From: a virus
Lineage: Duplodnaviria > Caudoviricetes
Length of the DNA stretch: 64,000 bases
IMG/VR virus record: IMGVR_UViG_2811995091_000080
Location: 1 to 64,000 of that record
Direction: 5' to 3' (one strand)
Position numbers and translations under genes: made by a program. Below the pieces are notes generated by a model. The model saw only the letters and a list, made by a program, of their open reading frames with translations. It ran no database searches and was not told the origin of the DNA. Every line of letters starts with the position of its first letter. Position 1 is the first letter of the stretch. Positions 34,844 through 43,710 of the stretch are shown here, piece after piece.

Positions 34844-35422
34844 TCACTTAAGCCACCCCCAGCGCCTTCCACACCGGATGGAGCGCACAGTGTCATAGGA
34901 AACGCCATAGGCATCCGCCGCGTCCCGGTGCCCGCGTGTGTCGGCGCGGATAGCGCGAACGTCATCCTCTGACAGCTTGGCCGAGTGCGACTTGGTGCCG
35001 CGCGGGCTTGTGCCGTCTATGAGGGTGTCTGCCATATTGTTTGGGCGCGTATCTTCGCGAATGTGCTGCGGGTTAATGCACGACCGATTGTGGCACACCT
35101 CAGGAGCGTGGCAGGCGTCCATTTCAGGTGCCATTTTCCGCCCATTGTATAACTCCCACGCCGCACGGTGAGCGGGCATCTGCGCGCCGCCCCAAACGAG
35201 CCGTCCGTACCCTAACCTGTCGAGCGCGAACGGCCACAGGATACAATTATCCGTTGGCGCCCCCACTGCGTGCCTAAGGAACGCTTGCGGCTCCCCCGGC
35301 AGAGCATTTCCGCCAAGTGGGTGGCCATGGCGTTTCAGCCTCCCGTGGTGAGCAAGGCAAAGGACACCGATGCGCCGGGGGTTGTCGCACCAATCAATTG
35401 AACATAACTGCTGCTGCATCAT
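34844..35422 (-). CDS. Free-standing HNH endonuclease next to att
   Basis: AHRAAWE...DACHAPEVCHNRSCINPQHI...NN. Confidence 0.88.
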   Translation of the reverse strand: MMQQQLCSIDWCDNPRRIGVLCLAHHGRLKRHGHPLGGNALPGEPQAFLRHAVGAPTDNCILWPFALDRLGYGRLVWGGAQMPAHRAAWELYNGRKMAPEMDACHAPEVCHNRSCINPQHIREDTRPNNMADTLIDGTSPRGTKSHSAKLSEDDVRAIRADTRGHRDAADAYGVSYDTVRSIRCGRRWGWLK

Positions 35423-35484
35423 CTAGCGGCTCCATCGCTGGGTGACGGGCGGCTCGATGTACCAGATCGGGTCGCCCTTTTTAG

Positions 35485-35698
35485 AGGTACGAGTGTACAC
35501 CACCCCTAGAACAGACGCAAAACAAAAAGGGCCTATATTGCGCAAATCCTTGTGGGTTTGTCCGTAGAAACCGCAGATTTGCGCGGGCACCTCCTGTTTA
35601 CACCGAGAAGGTCGGGGGATCGTGGCCCTCAGCGCCCACCACGTTTTCTGCGAGTTTCGGCCTGTGTACGCCCTACCCCCAAAGGTACAACGGTACAC
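35485..35698. other. attP-like junction with arm-type repeats AGGTACnAnnGTACAC (35485-35500, 35683-35698)
   Basis: Direct repeats flank the tRNA-derived core, which adjoins the int stop codon. Confidence 0.75.
35596..35641 (+). pseudogene. 3' half of tRNA-Val(TAC) serving as att core / replacement fragment, with non-canonical T-loop
   Basis: G TTTACAC CGAGA AGGTC GGGGG ATCGTGG CCCTC AGCGCCC A CCA. No D-arm or 5' half upstream. Confidence 0.8.
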
Positions 35699-36669
35699 TA
35701 AAAGTCCGTCGCGCTGCTCGCATCCCTCATAAATGACGGGGAGTACCGGGCATAAACCTGCTCGGTCATCCGCAGCGAAGTGTGCCCCAGATACTGGCTG
35801 ATTAGCTGCATGGGCACATTGTCCTGCGCCATCCATACCGCGCAGGTGTGGCGCAGCGTGTGCGGCGAGAACGGTATCCCCGCGCGCACAGATAGCCGCT
35901 GAATCGCCTTTTTGACCGAACCTACCGGCTTGCCGCCATACTCCACCACATGATCGGTTAGGCGTGCCGCCAGCGCCAGTTCCAGCGCGGTCCGAACGCG
36001 GCTGTTCATCGGTACGACCGTGCGGCGCTTGTTCGTCTGCACACGCCCCGGCGGGCGAAAGTCGATTGTGCCGTGATCGAAGTCCACGCGATCCCAAGTG
36101 AGATCCAGTATCGCGCCAGCTCGCGCTCCTGTCGCCAGCCCCAGCGTCACGAAAAGCTTTATGTGTGGCGTGTCGGCAAGGTCCACGATCTTGCGCGCCT
36201 GCTCCTTGGTCAGCCAATTGTCGCGCGGCTTCGATGCTGGCGGAATCCATATCGAGGGTGCGGCAGTGCCGTACCTGTGGCGCAGGCAGGCCCGCAGCAA
36301 CTCCAGGTCGGTTTTGATCGTGCTGTCGCTGTAGCCGAATTCCTTGCGTCGCTTGTGGTAGCTTCGGCAGTCCTCGCGCGTGATCGTGCTGCCTATCCGG
36401 TCGGCAAACTGCCCCGCCAGTGCATCCCAATGGGCCTTGAAGCGATCCGCCCGCGCCCCGTCCGCTATCCTGTCCGCGACATAGACCGGCCATAGGTCGC
36501 CTACCTTGTCGCTCTTTGCGGCTGTGAGGCGCTGCCAAATCTCTCTGGCGATGCTTTCGGCCTTTGACTCGTCAGCCGTGCCAGTCGTGATGCGTCGGCG
36601 CGTTCCTCCCTCGTCTCGGTAGGTAACGGCGAGTTTGCCTCTGTGCATTGTGAGGGTGTATTCTGACAC
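35698..36669 (-). CDS. int: Tyrosine integrase
   Basis: TGARAGAI (R), HTLRHT (HxxR), LGH, Y in VYARY. Start GTG 36669 or ATG 36648. Confidence 0.95.
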   Translation of the reverse strand: MSEYTLTMHRGKLAVTYRDEGGTRRRITTGTADESKAESIAREIWQRLTAAKSDKVGDLWPVYVADRIADGARADRFKAHWDALAGQFADRIGSTITREDCRSYHKRRKEFGYSDSTIKTDLELLRACLRHRYGTAAPSIWIPPASKPRDNWLTKEQARKIVDLADTPHIKLFVTLGLATGARAGAILDLTWDRVDFDHGTIDFRPPGRVQTNKRRTVVPMNSRVRTALELALAARLTDHVVEYGGKPVGSVKKAIQRLSVRAGIPFSPHTLRHTCAVWMAQDNVPMQLISQYLGHTSLRMTEQVYARYSPSFMRDASSATDF

Positions 36670-36824
36670 TCGTACCGCTCGACCTCGCTGGCAGGTATGC
36701 GGATAAGCTTGCCGAGCGCGAAGCCCGCAAGATCTCCGTTGCGGTACATAAGCCGGACCTTCTCTGCCGAGCAACCCCAGCGTTCAGCGAGCGTCTTGGG
36801 CGAGTAGGGCTTGGGAGCGGTCAC
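36501..36824 (-). CDS. xis: Excisionase (HTH_17-like), overlapping the int 5' end
   Basis: YSPKTLAERWGCS...LGKLIRIP. Confidence 0.8.
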   Translation of the reverse strand: MTAPKPYSPKTLAERWGCSAEKVRLMYRNGDLAGFALGKLIRIPASEVERYECQNTPSQCTEANSPLPTETREERADASRLARLTSQRPKASPERFGSASQPQRATR

Positions 36825-36825
36825 A

Positions 36826-37056
36826 TTACTCTCCGTTGAGGTGCTTGCGGACGGCTAGGCCGAGAGGGGATGCCTCACCGAAAACGCCAGTCAACCCTTT
36901 GTGCGAAAGCGCGCGGAGCGTTTGCAATGCTCGTGGATATTTTCGGTATTCGCCATTCCAAAATACGGTGGCATCTCGCCCGTGATCGGGGAGTGACCTT
37001 AAGAGACGTTTCTGCGCCTCGCTCAGCTTCCCGGCTATCTCAGCGATCTTATTCAT
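36826..37056 (-). CDS. Hypothetical protein
   Basis: Left-operon ORF, RBS GGAGG. Confidence 0.55.
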   Translation of the reverse strand: MNKIAEIAGKLSEAQKRLLRSLPDHGRDATVFWNGEYRKYPRALQTLRALSHKGLTGVFGEASPLGLAVRKHLNGE

Positions 37057-37222
37057 TGTGTGCCTCCATCTGCTGTTCGTGGGCGTATCCTGCGCGCCAG
37101 TGTTTCCAGCGTTCGCTCCCCCACGGATAGCGGCAGTCGGATAGGTAGCGGCCATTCTTGGCGCTGGTCATTCCGCCGTGGAACGCCTCTGCAATCTGAT
37201 CGTCGGTGAGTGGCTCAGCCAT
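37049..37222 (-). CDS. Small Rmf/CrpP-like protein
   Basis: AFHGG..A..G....CRYPW....WRAGY pattern. Confidence 0.55.
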   Translation of the reverse strand: MAEPLTDDQIAEAFHGGMTSAKNGRYLSDCRYPWGSERWKHWRAGYAHEQQMEAHNE

Positions 37223-37400
37223 TGTGTGCCTCCTGTGCGCGGAGGGCGGTAAGGATGGCCGCCCATGTCGCAGCGGCGCTAAGGCTGCGCTCGGCAGACT
37301 GCGCAGACCCCACCTCTTCGGCGCGCTCATAATTCAACATGTGGTATTCGAACCACTCTTCGGCACGCTCGATACGCTCGGCCAGCTTTGTGTCGGTCAT
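37215..37400 (-). CDS. Hypothetical protein
   Basis: RBS AGGAG, overlaps neighbours. Confidence 0.55.
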   Translation of the reverse strand: MTDTKLAERIERAEEWFEYHMLNYERAEEVGSAQSAERSLSAAATWAAILTALRAQEAHNG

Positions 37401-38113
37401 TGTGATTGCTCCTGATTGGGGGTGGGCGATGGCCGCGCTTTCATCCGCTTCTGCCATTTCGAGGCTGTCGAGATTGAGATATTGAAGCGCCGCGCCAGCC
37501 TCCTGCCGCCAAGCCCCTCTTCCATTGCCTCTAGGAAAAGCGCCTCATCGACCTTGGTTTTTTGCTTGCCCCCAGGCGTTCTCTCCGGAGGTGTAAGTGA
37601 GGCCGTGACCCGCGCCCAATTCTTCCCCGCGCGAATATCGTCCACTGCGGACACCGTGACCCCAAACTTCTCCGCGAAAACGGAAGCGGGTTCATCGCTC
37701 AGATAGATTTCCTTGACAGCCTTCTCGTTGAGTTTGGCCCTCGGGTGATTTTCGCCATGGGGCTTCGTACCATGGATTTGCATGTGCCGGTGGTTCTCAG
37801 CTTTGGTCACCCAAGCTAAATTCTCCGCTCGCGGGTCTGTCCGATCACCGTTCAGATGAGCGGCCTCAAGGCCTGGTAGGCTAGGCTCGCCGTGGAATGC
37901 TCGACAGACGAGGCGGTGAACAGTCTTGGCATACCGCTTCCCGTCCTTGCTCATGCCGACAATCAGGTACCCATGGCTGTCATTGCCGTGGGCCAATATC
38001 TTGACGCCCCGAGCAGACGAGCGGACCCGCCCATAATTCGACACCTCATACCAGTGTTCGAAGTCAGGGCACGGTCGCCACACTTCGCCCTCCTCGGTCT
38101 GTCGGCTATTCAT
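37397..38113 (-). CDS. NUMOD4-HNH homing endonuclease
   Basis: WRP...YEVSNYGRVRS, VHRLVCRAF, HLNGDRTD...NLAW. Confidence 0.9.
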   Translation of the reverse strand: MNSRQTEEGEVWRPCPDFEHWYEVSNYGRVRSSARGVKILAHGNDSHGYLIVGMSKDGKRYAKTVHRLVCRAFHGEPSLPGLEAAHLNGDRTDPRAENLAWVTKAENHRHMQIHGTKPHGENHPRAKLNEKAVKEIYLSDEPASVFAEKFGVTVSAVDDIRAGKNWARVTASLTPPERTPGGKQKTKVDEALFLEAMEEGLGGRRLARRFNISISTASKWQKRMKARPSPTPNQEQSQ

Positions 38114-38333
38114 CAACGCCTCCTTTGAGTGCGGCAAACTCTCTGCAAATATCCTCGAAGCGCGGGAGCATCTTGCGTCCGTCCGCTTCTGCTGCCTTGC
38201 GTCCTCGCGCGGTAATCGCTGCTCGCAATTGCGCCTGTTCGCGCTCGATGCGCTTGAAGGCGACGATCTGCTCGGCCAGCGATAGCTGTGCGCCTGCTTT
38301 GACCAGGCGGGGCTTGTGGGCGCGGGTGGTCAT
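38106..38333 (-). CDS. Hypothetical protein
   Basis: Left-operon ORF. Confidence 0.5.
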   Translation of the reverse strand: MTTRAHKPRLVKAGAQLSLAEQIVAFKRIEREQAQLRAAITARGRKAAEADGRKMLPRFEDICREFAALKGGVDE

Positions 38334-38641
38334 GCGGTTTCTCCGCGTACCTTGGCGATGGCGGCTTCAGCGATTTCGCGCAGATAAGAGCCATGCTCGG
38401 CAAGCGCCTTCACCTGCACCAGCGCCTCCAGCAATTCCGGCGCGGCTGCGATCAGGCGGGCATTGGCAATAGCCTCTATCGTGCCGTCCTCTTCGCCATC
38501 CCCCGGTCGATCCCATGCAGGCACGAATGCAGCGGGGAACATCGCGGGGTTGACTATTCGGTGGACCCGGCACTCAATCGACATGGGCTTCGGCCCATCA
38601 ACGCTCCACGGCCCCGGCGTATGTGCTTCCTTCGCCATCAT
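38330..38641 (-). CDS. Conserved phage hypothetical protein
   Basis: HTPGPW...ANARLIAAAPELLEAL motif. Confidence 0.8.
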   Translation of the reverse strand: MMAKEAHTPGPWSVDGPKPMSIECRVHRIVNPAMFPAAFVPAWDRPGDGEEDGTIEAIANARLIAAAPELLEALVQVKALAEHGSYLREIAEAAIAKVRGETA

Positions 38642-38832
38642 CAATTCTCCTGTCCTGCGATAAGTGCCTCAGCCCGCGCTATGCTGGCCTGAATGCTGTC
38701 GATCTGAGCGATTGCCGCATCACACAGGGCGATTGCGGTGGCCTGCGATGCCATGCGGCCCCACTCGCGTTCGCGCAGATCCCGTGCGGCCCGTTCGTCG
38801 CAGCGCGCCTGCTGTGCCCTGCCCCCGCTCAT
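38641..38832 (-). CDS. Hypothetical protein
   Basis: Left-operon ORF. Confidence 0.45.
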   Translation of the reverse strand: MSGGRAQQARCDERAARDLREREWGRMASQATAIALCDAAIAQIDSIQASIARAEALIAGQEN

Positions 38833-39167
38833 GGCTGGGCCTCGTGGTAGGCTGTGAGGGCTTGGGCGGCGGTGGCATAAGCGAAGTCCAAAGCGCCTTC
38901 CCTGTCGTCCCAGCGATAGTTTTTACCAGCGTCGTCTTCTGCACTGGTCTGCGCCTTGATAGCCTCCAACGCCTCGACCAGCGCCTTGACTTCTGGCTGT
39001 GCTGTGGAGGCGAGACGGTGGGCGGCGAAGGCTTGCTCAATGCAATCCCGGTTGTCGCCTAGCGTTTTGTCGCCTGCCAGTATGCGCGCGGCCTGCTTAT
39101 TGTGGAACGCGGTCACTGCGGCCTTGTCGGCTTCAGTTACGTCGCCCTGCGTCACATTATCATGCAT
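38829..39167 (-). CDS. Hypothetical protein
   Basis: QAFAAHRLAS, VKALVEALE. RBS AGGAGG. Confidence 0.6.
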   Translation of the reverse strand: MHDNVTQGDVTEADKAAVTAFHNKQAARILAGDKTLGDNRDCIEQAFAAHRLASTAQPEVKALVEALEAIKAQTSAEDDAGKNYRWDDREGALDFAYATAAQALTAYHEAQP

Positions 39168-39432
39168 GGCTGTCCTCCTTGCGGGCGAGTTCCATGCCGC
39201 GACGGAGGGCCTTGAGGGTGAAATCCTCAAAGCCGGCTTCGCTGGGCCACTCTGCAAGCAGCGCCCTCGCCTCGACCGACAACGGATCGACCGGCGGATC
39301 TTCATGCTCCGCGATGTAGCGGGCGAGCGCGTATTTATAGATCACGGCAATGTCCGACGAAAAGATTGTCTCGCAGTGGTAAAGGTCCACGGCCCGTTCC
39401 AACGCCCACTCGGCCACCTTCTTATCATCCAT
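39160..39432 (-). CDS. Hypothetical protein
   Basis: MDDKKVAEW start, RBS AAGGAG. Confidence 0.55.
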   Translation of the reverse strand: MDDKKVAEWALERAVDLYHCETIFSSDIAVIYKYALARYIAEHEDPPVDPLSVEARALLAEWPSEAGFEDFTLKALRRGMELARKEDSHA

Positions 39433-39679
39433 GATCTGTCTCCTTGGGGGTGGCGGGGGTCTCGATCTCTGCCCAGCATTTGGGGCAGTAGACGCAGCCC
39501 GTGTGCGGGTCGCTGCGCACCCAGCCTTCGGGGATCGGGGCGTCATCCAGCGTCGGCTCCTGCCAGACCCCGAAGCCGTGGCCCTTGCCGTTGAAGCTAT
39601 GAAACTGGCGGTGAGGGATGGTGTGCGGGCCGGTTTCGAGGTGGCACCCGTCACAGGAAAGTGTGATGCGAACGGTCAT
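39425..39679 (-). CDS. Small zinc-binding (CxxC...CxxC) protein
   Basis: CDGC and CPKC. Confidence 0.6.
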   Translation of the reverse strand: MTVRITLSCDGCHLETGPHTIPHRQFHSFNGKGHGFGVWQEPTLDDAPIPEGWVRSDPHTGCVYCPKCWAEIETPATPKETDHG

Positions 39680-39996
39680 GCGCCCACCCCCACCGGAGCC
39701 ACACGCGGCGTAACAAAGCGGTCAGGCTCGCCCCTAAGCAGCCCTGCAATCGCGTGCTGGTAATCATTCAGGCACCAGCCAAGCGCGCTCTGCTCCGGCT
39801 GCGAAAGGTTCTCCAGCGTCGGCGCGCTTATCTCCATGTTCGCCTCGATAGTGCGGGCGATCTTGAGGGCGCGGGGTGCGTCTGCGGGGTCGCGCTCGGC
39901 GTGGTCGCGCAGGCGGTCGATCAGGTGCGTGGCGCGAAGGATAAGGCTGTCCGCCTCGCTTGGCTTCGCATCGGTGAAGGTGGCAGGGGCGGTCAT
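39676..39996 (-). CDS. Hypothetical protein
   Basis: Left-operon ORF. Confidence 0.5.
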   Translation of the reverse strand: MTAPATFTDAKPSEADSLILRATHLIDRLRDHAERDPADAPRALKIARTIEANMEISAPTLENLSQPEQSALGWCLNDYQHAIAGLLRGEPDRFVTPRVAPVGVGA

Positions 39997-40376
39997 TTCG
40001 TCTCTCCCTGCTCAGGATTGACGAGAGAGAGGTCGCGCCCCTTTGCACCCTTGATTTGCACCGTGCCGTAGTGCCACGGCCCCGGCGGGTCTTGGCTGAG
40101 ATCGTAAAGCCAGAACCTCCGCTCGTTGTCGGAACTCATGTGGCAACCAACGATGTAGAAGTGTTCCCAGCCCGATAGCTGCTTTCCGGACGCGCTGGTC
40201 GCCGTGGTCTTGAACCAGACCCCCTGCCCCGGCCAAAACTCAGGACCGACCTTTGCCGCGCCTTCAATCCACTGCCACGCGATGTTGTTGGCCAGCGGCC
40301 CACCTTCGCATTCGTAGTCGCACGCGCGAAGCTGCTCTAGCGCAGTCTCAATCGACCAGTGCTTGTCCTTCGCCAT
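39993..40376 (-). CDS. Hypothetical protein, first gene under an internal repressor-controlled promoter
   Basis: RBS AAGGAG. Confidence 0.65.
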   Translation of the reverse strand: MAKDKHWSIETALEQLRACDYECEGGPLANNIAWQWIEGAAKVGPEFWPGQGVWFKTTATSASGKQLSGWEHFYIVGCHMSSDNERRFWLYDLSQDPPGPWHYGTVQIKGAKGRDLSLVNPEQGETK

Positions 40377-40411
40377 CTGTCTTACTCCTTTGCCAAGTGG
40401 CTGTGGGAGTG

Positions 40412-40462
40412 TTGTAGGCGATACAACTAGGGCTGTAAAGCGAAAAGTTGTATGTCGTGCAA
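40412..40462 (-). promoter_or_regulatory. Internal leftward promoter with two B-type operators (TTGTA-N5-TRCAA)
   Basis: TTGTAGGCGATACAA at 40412-40426 is identical to 44100-44114. TTGTATGTCGTGCAA at 40448-40462. Minus strand TTTACA-17-TACAAC. Confidence 0.75.
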
Positions 40463-40463
40463 A

Positions 40464-40886
40464 TTAATTGGCTAGGGCCATCGCCTCGGCAATGACCGTT
40501 TCTGGCGCGGTGTCGTTCATGAAGCGGGCGCATAACGGCGGGATCGAGGCTTGCACGAATGCCTGGAATGCTTCGTCGTCCATGCTGGCAAAGCTGATGC
40601 TGCCGGGAACGAATAGCTGCTTGCGTCCGGTGTCGATCCATTCGCCGCACCCTGCCCCTACCTTGGCGAAGTATAGCGCGGCGTCGGGCGTAAGGTGTGG
40701 GTCGCTGTTCTCGCTAATCAGCTTGAGAATTGCGAAATACAGGCGATGATACCGAGGGTTGCGAACGCGGGTGGGTTTGAGTTCCACCACATCGCCCAGC
40801 TTCATCTTGCCAGCTTGCTCCTGCGCCTTGTCATTGTAGGGGCGGAAGCCATCGGGGGTGTAGCGGTATAGGTGGCGGTCGCTCAA
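40464..40886 (-). CDS. DUF1367/NinB-like recombination accessory protein
   Basis: RNPRYHRLYFAIL, SISFASMDDEAF. Confidence 0.7.
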   Translation of the reverse strand: MSDRHLYRYTPDGFRPYNDKAQEQAGKMKLGDVVELKPTRVRNPRYHRLYFAILKLISENSDPHLTPDAALYFAKVGAGCGEWIDTGRKQLFVPGSISFASMDDEAFQAFVQASIPPLCARFMNDTAPETVIAEAMALAN

Positions 40887-41248
40887 AGCCCGCGCTCCCG
40901 TTTGGCGTCTCGGATCTCGCGAGCGGCGGGACTGTCCTTACAGAACGCCTCCATAAGAGCGCGAACGTCCACGCCTCGCCAGAAGGTTTCCTCGCCTATG
41001 TGGTGCTGCCGGTCATGGCACGGCTTGCAGAGACTCACACAGTAATAATCGCTCGGCTTGCGGCTTGCCCCGCCATCGGTGCCAAGGCGAACGTGTGCGA
41101 CTTCGATGCCCGCCGTTTCGCCGCACTTGGAGCAAGCAAACTGGCGAACGTAGTCGCGGTGCTTGGTGGACTTGAAGCGACCTGTGCGGTTTGGCTTCTT
41201 CCAGGACGCCCGTTCGGCGTCTTTGTCACGGATGCGCTTAGGCAGCAT
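40883..41248 (-). CDS. DUF968-like HNHc nuclease
   Basis: HRDYVRQFACSKC...AHVR...KPSD...SLC..CH..QH..GE. Confidence 0.75.
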   Translation of the reverse strand: MLPKRIRDKDAERASWKKPNRTGRFKSTKHRDYVRQFACSKCGETAGIEVAHVRLGTDGGASRKPSDYYCVSLCKPCHDRQHHIGEETFWRGVDVRALMEAFCKDSPAAREIRDAKRERGL

Positions 41249-41249
41249 T

Positions 41250-41474
41250 CTAGTCGCCCCAACGCAGCCCGCGCATCGAAGCCAGCGAGCGGGTCAGGTC
41301 CATGCTCGCGCGCTTGGCTGACGCGAATGCATTGCTTCGGTCAGTGGCGTTTTTCTCTTTAAGGTCCGCAATGGCCGCATCCGCAGCTTCAATGAAGCGC
41401 GTTGCCTCACATGCCGCCTCTTCCAGCGCCTCGATCCTCTTACGCTGAACTATGTCCGCCGTTCCTATCATCAC
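41250..41474 (-). CDS. Hypothetical protein
   Basis: ORF with RBS. Confidence 0.5.
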   Translation of the reverse strand: MMIGTADIVQRKRIEALEEAACEATRFIEAADAAIADLKEKNATDRSNAFASAKRASMDLTRSLASMRGLRWGD

Positions 41475-41666
41475 TCGCTCCTGTAAGTGTTTGGCGGGTA
41501 TTGGGAGCGCCCGCCATCACTAGCCATTCCGCACGATTCCCCCTCTACTATTAAGGTGCCGGGTTTCAGGTCATCCGCGCCGTGAATGCGTCTGGGTCAA
41601 CGCGGGCCTGCATCGTGAGCATTAACCACGCGGCCAACGTGGCAAAGGAGGTAGGCACCCCCGATA

Positions 41667-42158
41667 TTACGTTGTGCCCGCGTTCGTGATGAACGGGATG
41701 TCGTCGTCGAGATCGTCGTAATTCGATCCACCGCCGCGATTGGTATTGGGGCCAGTGCTGCCGAACCCGCCGCCGTTGCCGCTCGGGCTACCGCCCTGCC
41801 CGCTGTCGCTCGACTTTCCATCCAGCATGGTCAGGGTGCCGTTCAGGCCGCGAAGGACAACCTCGGTCGAATAGCGGTCATTGCCCTGCTGGTCGGCCCA
41901 CTTGCGCGTCTGCAACTGGCCTTCGATATAGACCTTGCTGCCTTTGCGCAGGAACCGCTCGGCAACGCCTACAAGGCCCTCGCTGAAAATGGCGACTGTG
42001 TGCCATTCGGTGCGCTCGTGCTTTTCGCCGTCCTGCTTCCAAGTTTCGGTGGTGGCAACGCGCAGGTTGCACACCTTGCCGCCGTTCTGAAAGCTGCGGA
42101 CCTCTGGGTCCGCGCCAAGGTTACCGATGAGCATGACTTTGTTGAGTGATCCGGCCAT
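41667..42158 (-). CDS. ssb: Single-stranded DNA-binding protein
   Basis: [22 protein letters not shown], acidic DDDIPF tail. Confidence 0.96.
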   Translation of the reverse strand: MAGSLNKVMLIGNLGADPEVRSFQNGGKVCNLRVATTETWKQDGEKHERTEWHTVAIFSEGLVGVAERFLRKGSKVYIEGQLQTRKWADQQGNDRYSTEVVLRGLNGTLTMLDGKSSDSGQGGSPSGNGGGFGSTGPNTNRGGGSNYDDLDDDIPFITNAGTT

Positions 42159-42790
42159 TATGCTGCCTTCTTGTTTGCGTTGATGAATGCCTGAATGTCA
42201 GGCAGTTGCTCGTATGTAAGGGACTTGGTGCTTTCCGGCGTCAGGTGGCGCAGGAGGTCGGCAGGAGCCTTCCCAACCGATTGCAGCTGCGTCTCGACCC
42301 ATTGGCGGGTTGCGTCCGTCAGCGGCCCGCTAGGGCGAAGCTGCGCAAGCGCCTTGCGGAATACTTCATGCGCCTCAGGCTTCCATGCCTTCCATTGCGC
42401 CTTGCCCTTGAAATCTTTCGTCTCGCATGGTGCCCAGACGTTGCCGAGATCGTAGAGGTAGCGTCCAATCCCCCACTGCACCGCCGCGCGCTTCAAGGCG
42501 TCGGAGATACCGCCCTTCTCGCCCTCAACCGCCGTGTTACCCGCGCCATCGGTCTTGGTGATCCATTCGTCATCAACGCGGATGGAAAGCTTGCACAGGA
42601 CACGGCCTGTTGCCGTTTCGTCATAGTAGGTTGACCAGTTGGCAGGGCCGCAAACCGCGTCGAGGCGGTCCATAACGTCGCGCGCGTCGAGATAGGCGAG
42701 TGCAAGTGCGCTGCCATTCGCGGATACATGCTGCGCCCGCCAGTGAATGTCTTCCGGCTTGAACGGCGCGGATAGTCTGTCGATCATGCT
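42158..42790 (-). CDS. Rad52/22-family (Sak-like) single-strand annealing protein
   Basis: [34 protein letters not shown]. Confidence 0.9.
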   Translation of the reverse strand, partial: SMIDRLSAPFKPEDIHWRAQHVSANGSALALAYLDARDVMDRLDAVCGPANWSTYYDETATGRVLCKLSIRVDDEWITKTDGAGNTAVEGEKGGISDALKRAAVQWGIGRYLYDLGNVWAPCETKDFKGKAQWKAWKPEAHEVFRKALAQLRPSGPLTDATRQWVETQLQSVGKAPADLLRHLTPESTKSLTYEQLPDIQAFINANKKAA

Positions 42791-43452
42791 CAATACCCCA
42801 CGGCTTCAAAGCGTTTGTGGATCTCGCGGACGGTTTCGACATCGCGCTTGCAGTAATCTGCTATCTTTTGATGCTCACCGTCCGCCCAAGCCTTCGCGAC
42901 CATTGAGCCGTCGAAGTCTCCCTTGCATTGCAACCCAAGGGCTTTGCAGAGATTGTCCTGACTGATGCGGTCGCGCGGACCTGCCCACGCCACCATCGTA
43001 TCGAACACGCAATCATCCCACGGCTTAGGCTGGCGCGGGAATGCCACGCTCGGCGGCAGTTTCACCCCAAGGATGATTGCCCGCCGCAGGATGAAGGGGA
43101 TGTCGAAGCCGGTAATGTAGTGACCGACGAACTGGTTCACGCCCAGCTCGGGTAATGCCGCGAAGAAGCTTTCGATGATAAGCTGCTCGCACTCTTCGGC
43201 CTCCGCATGAACGGCTTGCGCCTCGCCATCGCCAATCGCAAAGCCAATCGTGCAGATATGGCCGTGCGCAGGATCGAAGCTGGTCTTGGCGACAATCTCT
43301 TCAGCCGCCGCGTCGCCATTCTCCGCAATCCATTTGTCGATGCTCTCCTGCTTTTTGTATTGGGCAGGTGCCTTGATGTTCTTGCGAACCTCAGCGCGGT
43401 ATTCCGGCGACTGGTTCGGGATCGTCTCAATGTCGAGGTAGATCGTGTTCAT
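42790..43452 (-). CDS. DnaQ/PolB-like 3'-5' exonuclease
   Basis: LDIET, GFDIPF, YCKRD motifs. Confidence 0.88.
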   Translation of the reverse strand: MNTIYLDIETIPNQSPEYRAEVRKNIKAPAQYKKQESIDKWIAENGDAAAEEIVAKTSFDPAHGHICTIGFAIGDGEAQAVHAEAEECEQLIIESFFAALPELGVNQFVGHYITGFDIPFILRRAIILGVKLPPSVAFPRQPKPWDDCVFDTMVAWAGPRDRISQDNLCKALGLQCKGDFDGSMVAKAWADGEHQKIADYCKRDVETVREIHKRFEAVGY

Positions 43453-43625
43453 GCCGCCACCTGCACGGTGGGTCGCTGCTGTGCGTTAGCAAGGGCTTCC
43501 GATACGGTGGAACCAATTCCGCTGCGACCGTCGCGAAGCTGCACGGAAAAGCGGCCTTCGAGGTAATAACGCACCTGATAGATGCCCGCCTCGATCATCG
43601 CTTGCGATAATGTGGGGTCGTTCAT
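43449..43625 (-). CDS. Hypothetical protein, first gene of pL operon B
   Basis: RBS AAGGAG. Counterpart of 439-627. Confidence 0.6.
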   Translation of the reverse strand: MNDPTLSQAMIEAGIYQVRYYLEGRFSVQLRDGRSGIGSTVSEALANAQQRPTVQVAA

Positions 43626-43648
43626 AACCACTCCTTTAGTCGGAATGG

Positions 43649-43700
43649 TTGTATGCGATACAATCAGGCCACGCAAGCCTTAATTTTGTAAAATGTGCAA
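43649..43700 (-). promoter_or_regulatory. pL of B with operators at 43649-43663 and 43686-43700
   Basis: TTGTATGCGATACAA and TTGTAAAATGTGCAA. Minus strand TTGCGT-17-TACAAC. Confidence 0.75.
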
Positions 43701-43710
43701 CTTTTCGTCG

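Larger units (their letters stand above)
1..35596. mobile_element. Prophage A (left end outside window), HK97-like siphovirus
   Basis: Lambdoid order: recombination, cI/cro, replication, late promoter, terminase, portal, protease, capsid, tail, lysis, ending at the att core. No host genes. Confidence 0.9.

Noticed and set aside
35560-35641. Complete tRNA-Val gene
   Set aside because: No 5' acceptor strand or D-arm upstream of the anticodon loop, and the T-loop is non-canonical. It is only an att fragment.
35423-36538. 371-aa ORF overlapping the integrase in another frame
   Set aside because: No motifs, Arg/Ala/Pro-rich composition typical of GC-rich off-frames, and it crosses the att site.
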